Assembly (NCBI GenBank): GCA_016933115.1
Contig: JAFGBL010000090.1
Location: forward strand, 1,277 to 65,276
DNA length: 64,000 nt
Reading direction: 5' to 3'
From: Bacteroidales bacterium
GTDB taxonomy: Bacteria; Bacteroidota; Bacteroidia; Bacteroidales; JAADJA01
The position numbers were made by a program, and so were the translations under genes. The notes beneath the pieces are model-generated. The model did no database searches. It saw only the letters and a program-made list of their open reading frames with translations, and was not told the origin of the DNA. Positions 63,795 to 64,000 of the stretch are shown here, piece by piece; the first letter of the stretch is position 1, and every line of letters starts with the position of its first letter.

Positions 63795-64000
63795 ATGGAA
63801 ACTAAATTTGCTGACCTGCACTGCCATCCGCACATGAGGTCGTTCAACTGGCTGCACAAGCCCAAAAAACCGGAAGAAAAATCAAAATACAATCCCTGGT
63901 GGCTCATTTTGCCCAAATTCAAAGCTGCTGAAGAAGGAAAACGGGCTGCCGCCTATTCGCAATGCGACATGGCTAAGGTGGTGAACGGCAACCTCAGGCT
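63795..64000 (+). CDS. Hypothetical protein, N-terminal 68 aa only (continues beyond the window)
   Basis: My translation from ATG 63795 is METKFADLHCHPHMRSFNWLHKPKKPEEKSKYNPWWLILPKFKAAEEGKRAAAYSQCDMAKVVNGNLR..., open to the window end. The DLHCHPH start hints at a metal-dependent hydrolase, but this is unverified. Confidence 0.5.
   Translation, partial: METKFADLHCHPHMRSFNWLHKPKKPEEKSKYNPWWLILPKFKAAEEGKRAAAYSQCDMAKVVNGNLR

Overview
This 64-kb window reads as an ordinary, densely packed chromosomal segment of a Bacteroidota-type genome. It is AT-rich. Seven large secreted proteins end in a T9SS type-A C-terminal sorting domain, and an eighth large secreted protein runs off the 5' edge. Exact TAnnTTTG -7 boxes sit 20-40 nt upstream of many start codons, and a MurF-Alr fusion is present. 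I count about 41 protein-coding genes, two of them partial at the window edges and absent from the ORF track. I recognised no rRNA, tRNA, CRISPR array, transposase, integrase or obvious defence system.

Housekeeping genes:
- Central and cofactor metabolism: PPi-type phosphofructokinase, RfbA, polyprenyl synthase, aldehyde dehydrogenase, PdxA, HemW.
- Cell wall and proteolysis: MurF/Alr, GT2 glycosyltransferase, M17 aminopeptidase, M23 peptidase.
- Nucleic acid functions: RNase R, ComF, RNase H1, a pseudouridine synthase, ABC-F ATPase.
- Transport and signalling: MMPL/RND transporter, a PAS-rich hybrid histidine kinase.
- Redox: a DUF362 plus polyferredoxin pair.

Observations most worth follow-up, all unverified and made by eye:
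1. A stand-alone exosortase/archaeosortase-family gene with the Cys/Arg/His motif pattern. Two paralogous 74-aa mini-proteins lie 4-10 kb away, and their whole C-terminus looks like a tripartite sorting signal (P[IV]GGG, then a TM helix, then RKIY..RK).
2. A collinear module of about 450 aa placed just before the T9SS sorting domain. It is shared by an S8 protease and an unrelated lamin-tail/CBM protein.
3. A umuC-SRAP pair with no umuD.
4. A NapH-like/NapG-like fused polyferredoxin with an internal twin-arginine motif, next to a Tat-signal DUF362 protein.
5. A tandem pair of M14 carboxypeptidase paralogues.

I see no compelling evidence for a wholly new multi-gene system. The exosortase plus mini-protein idea is the best candidate.
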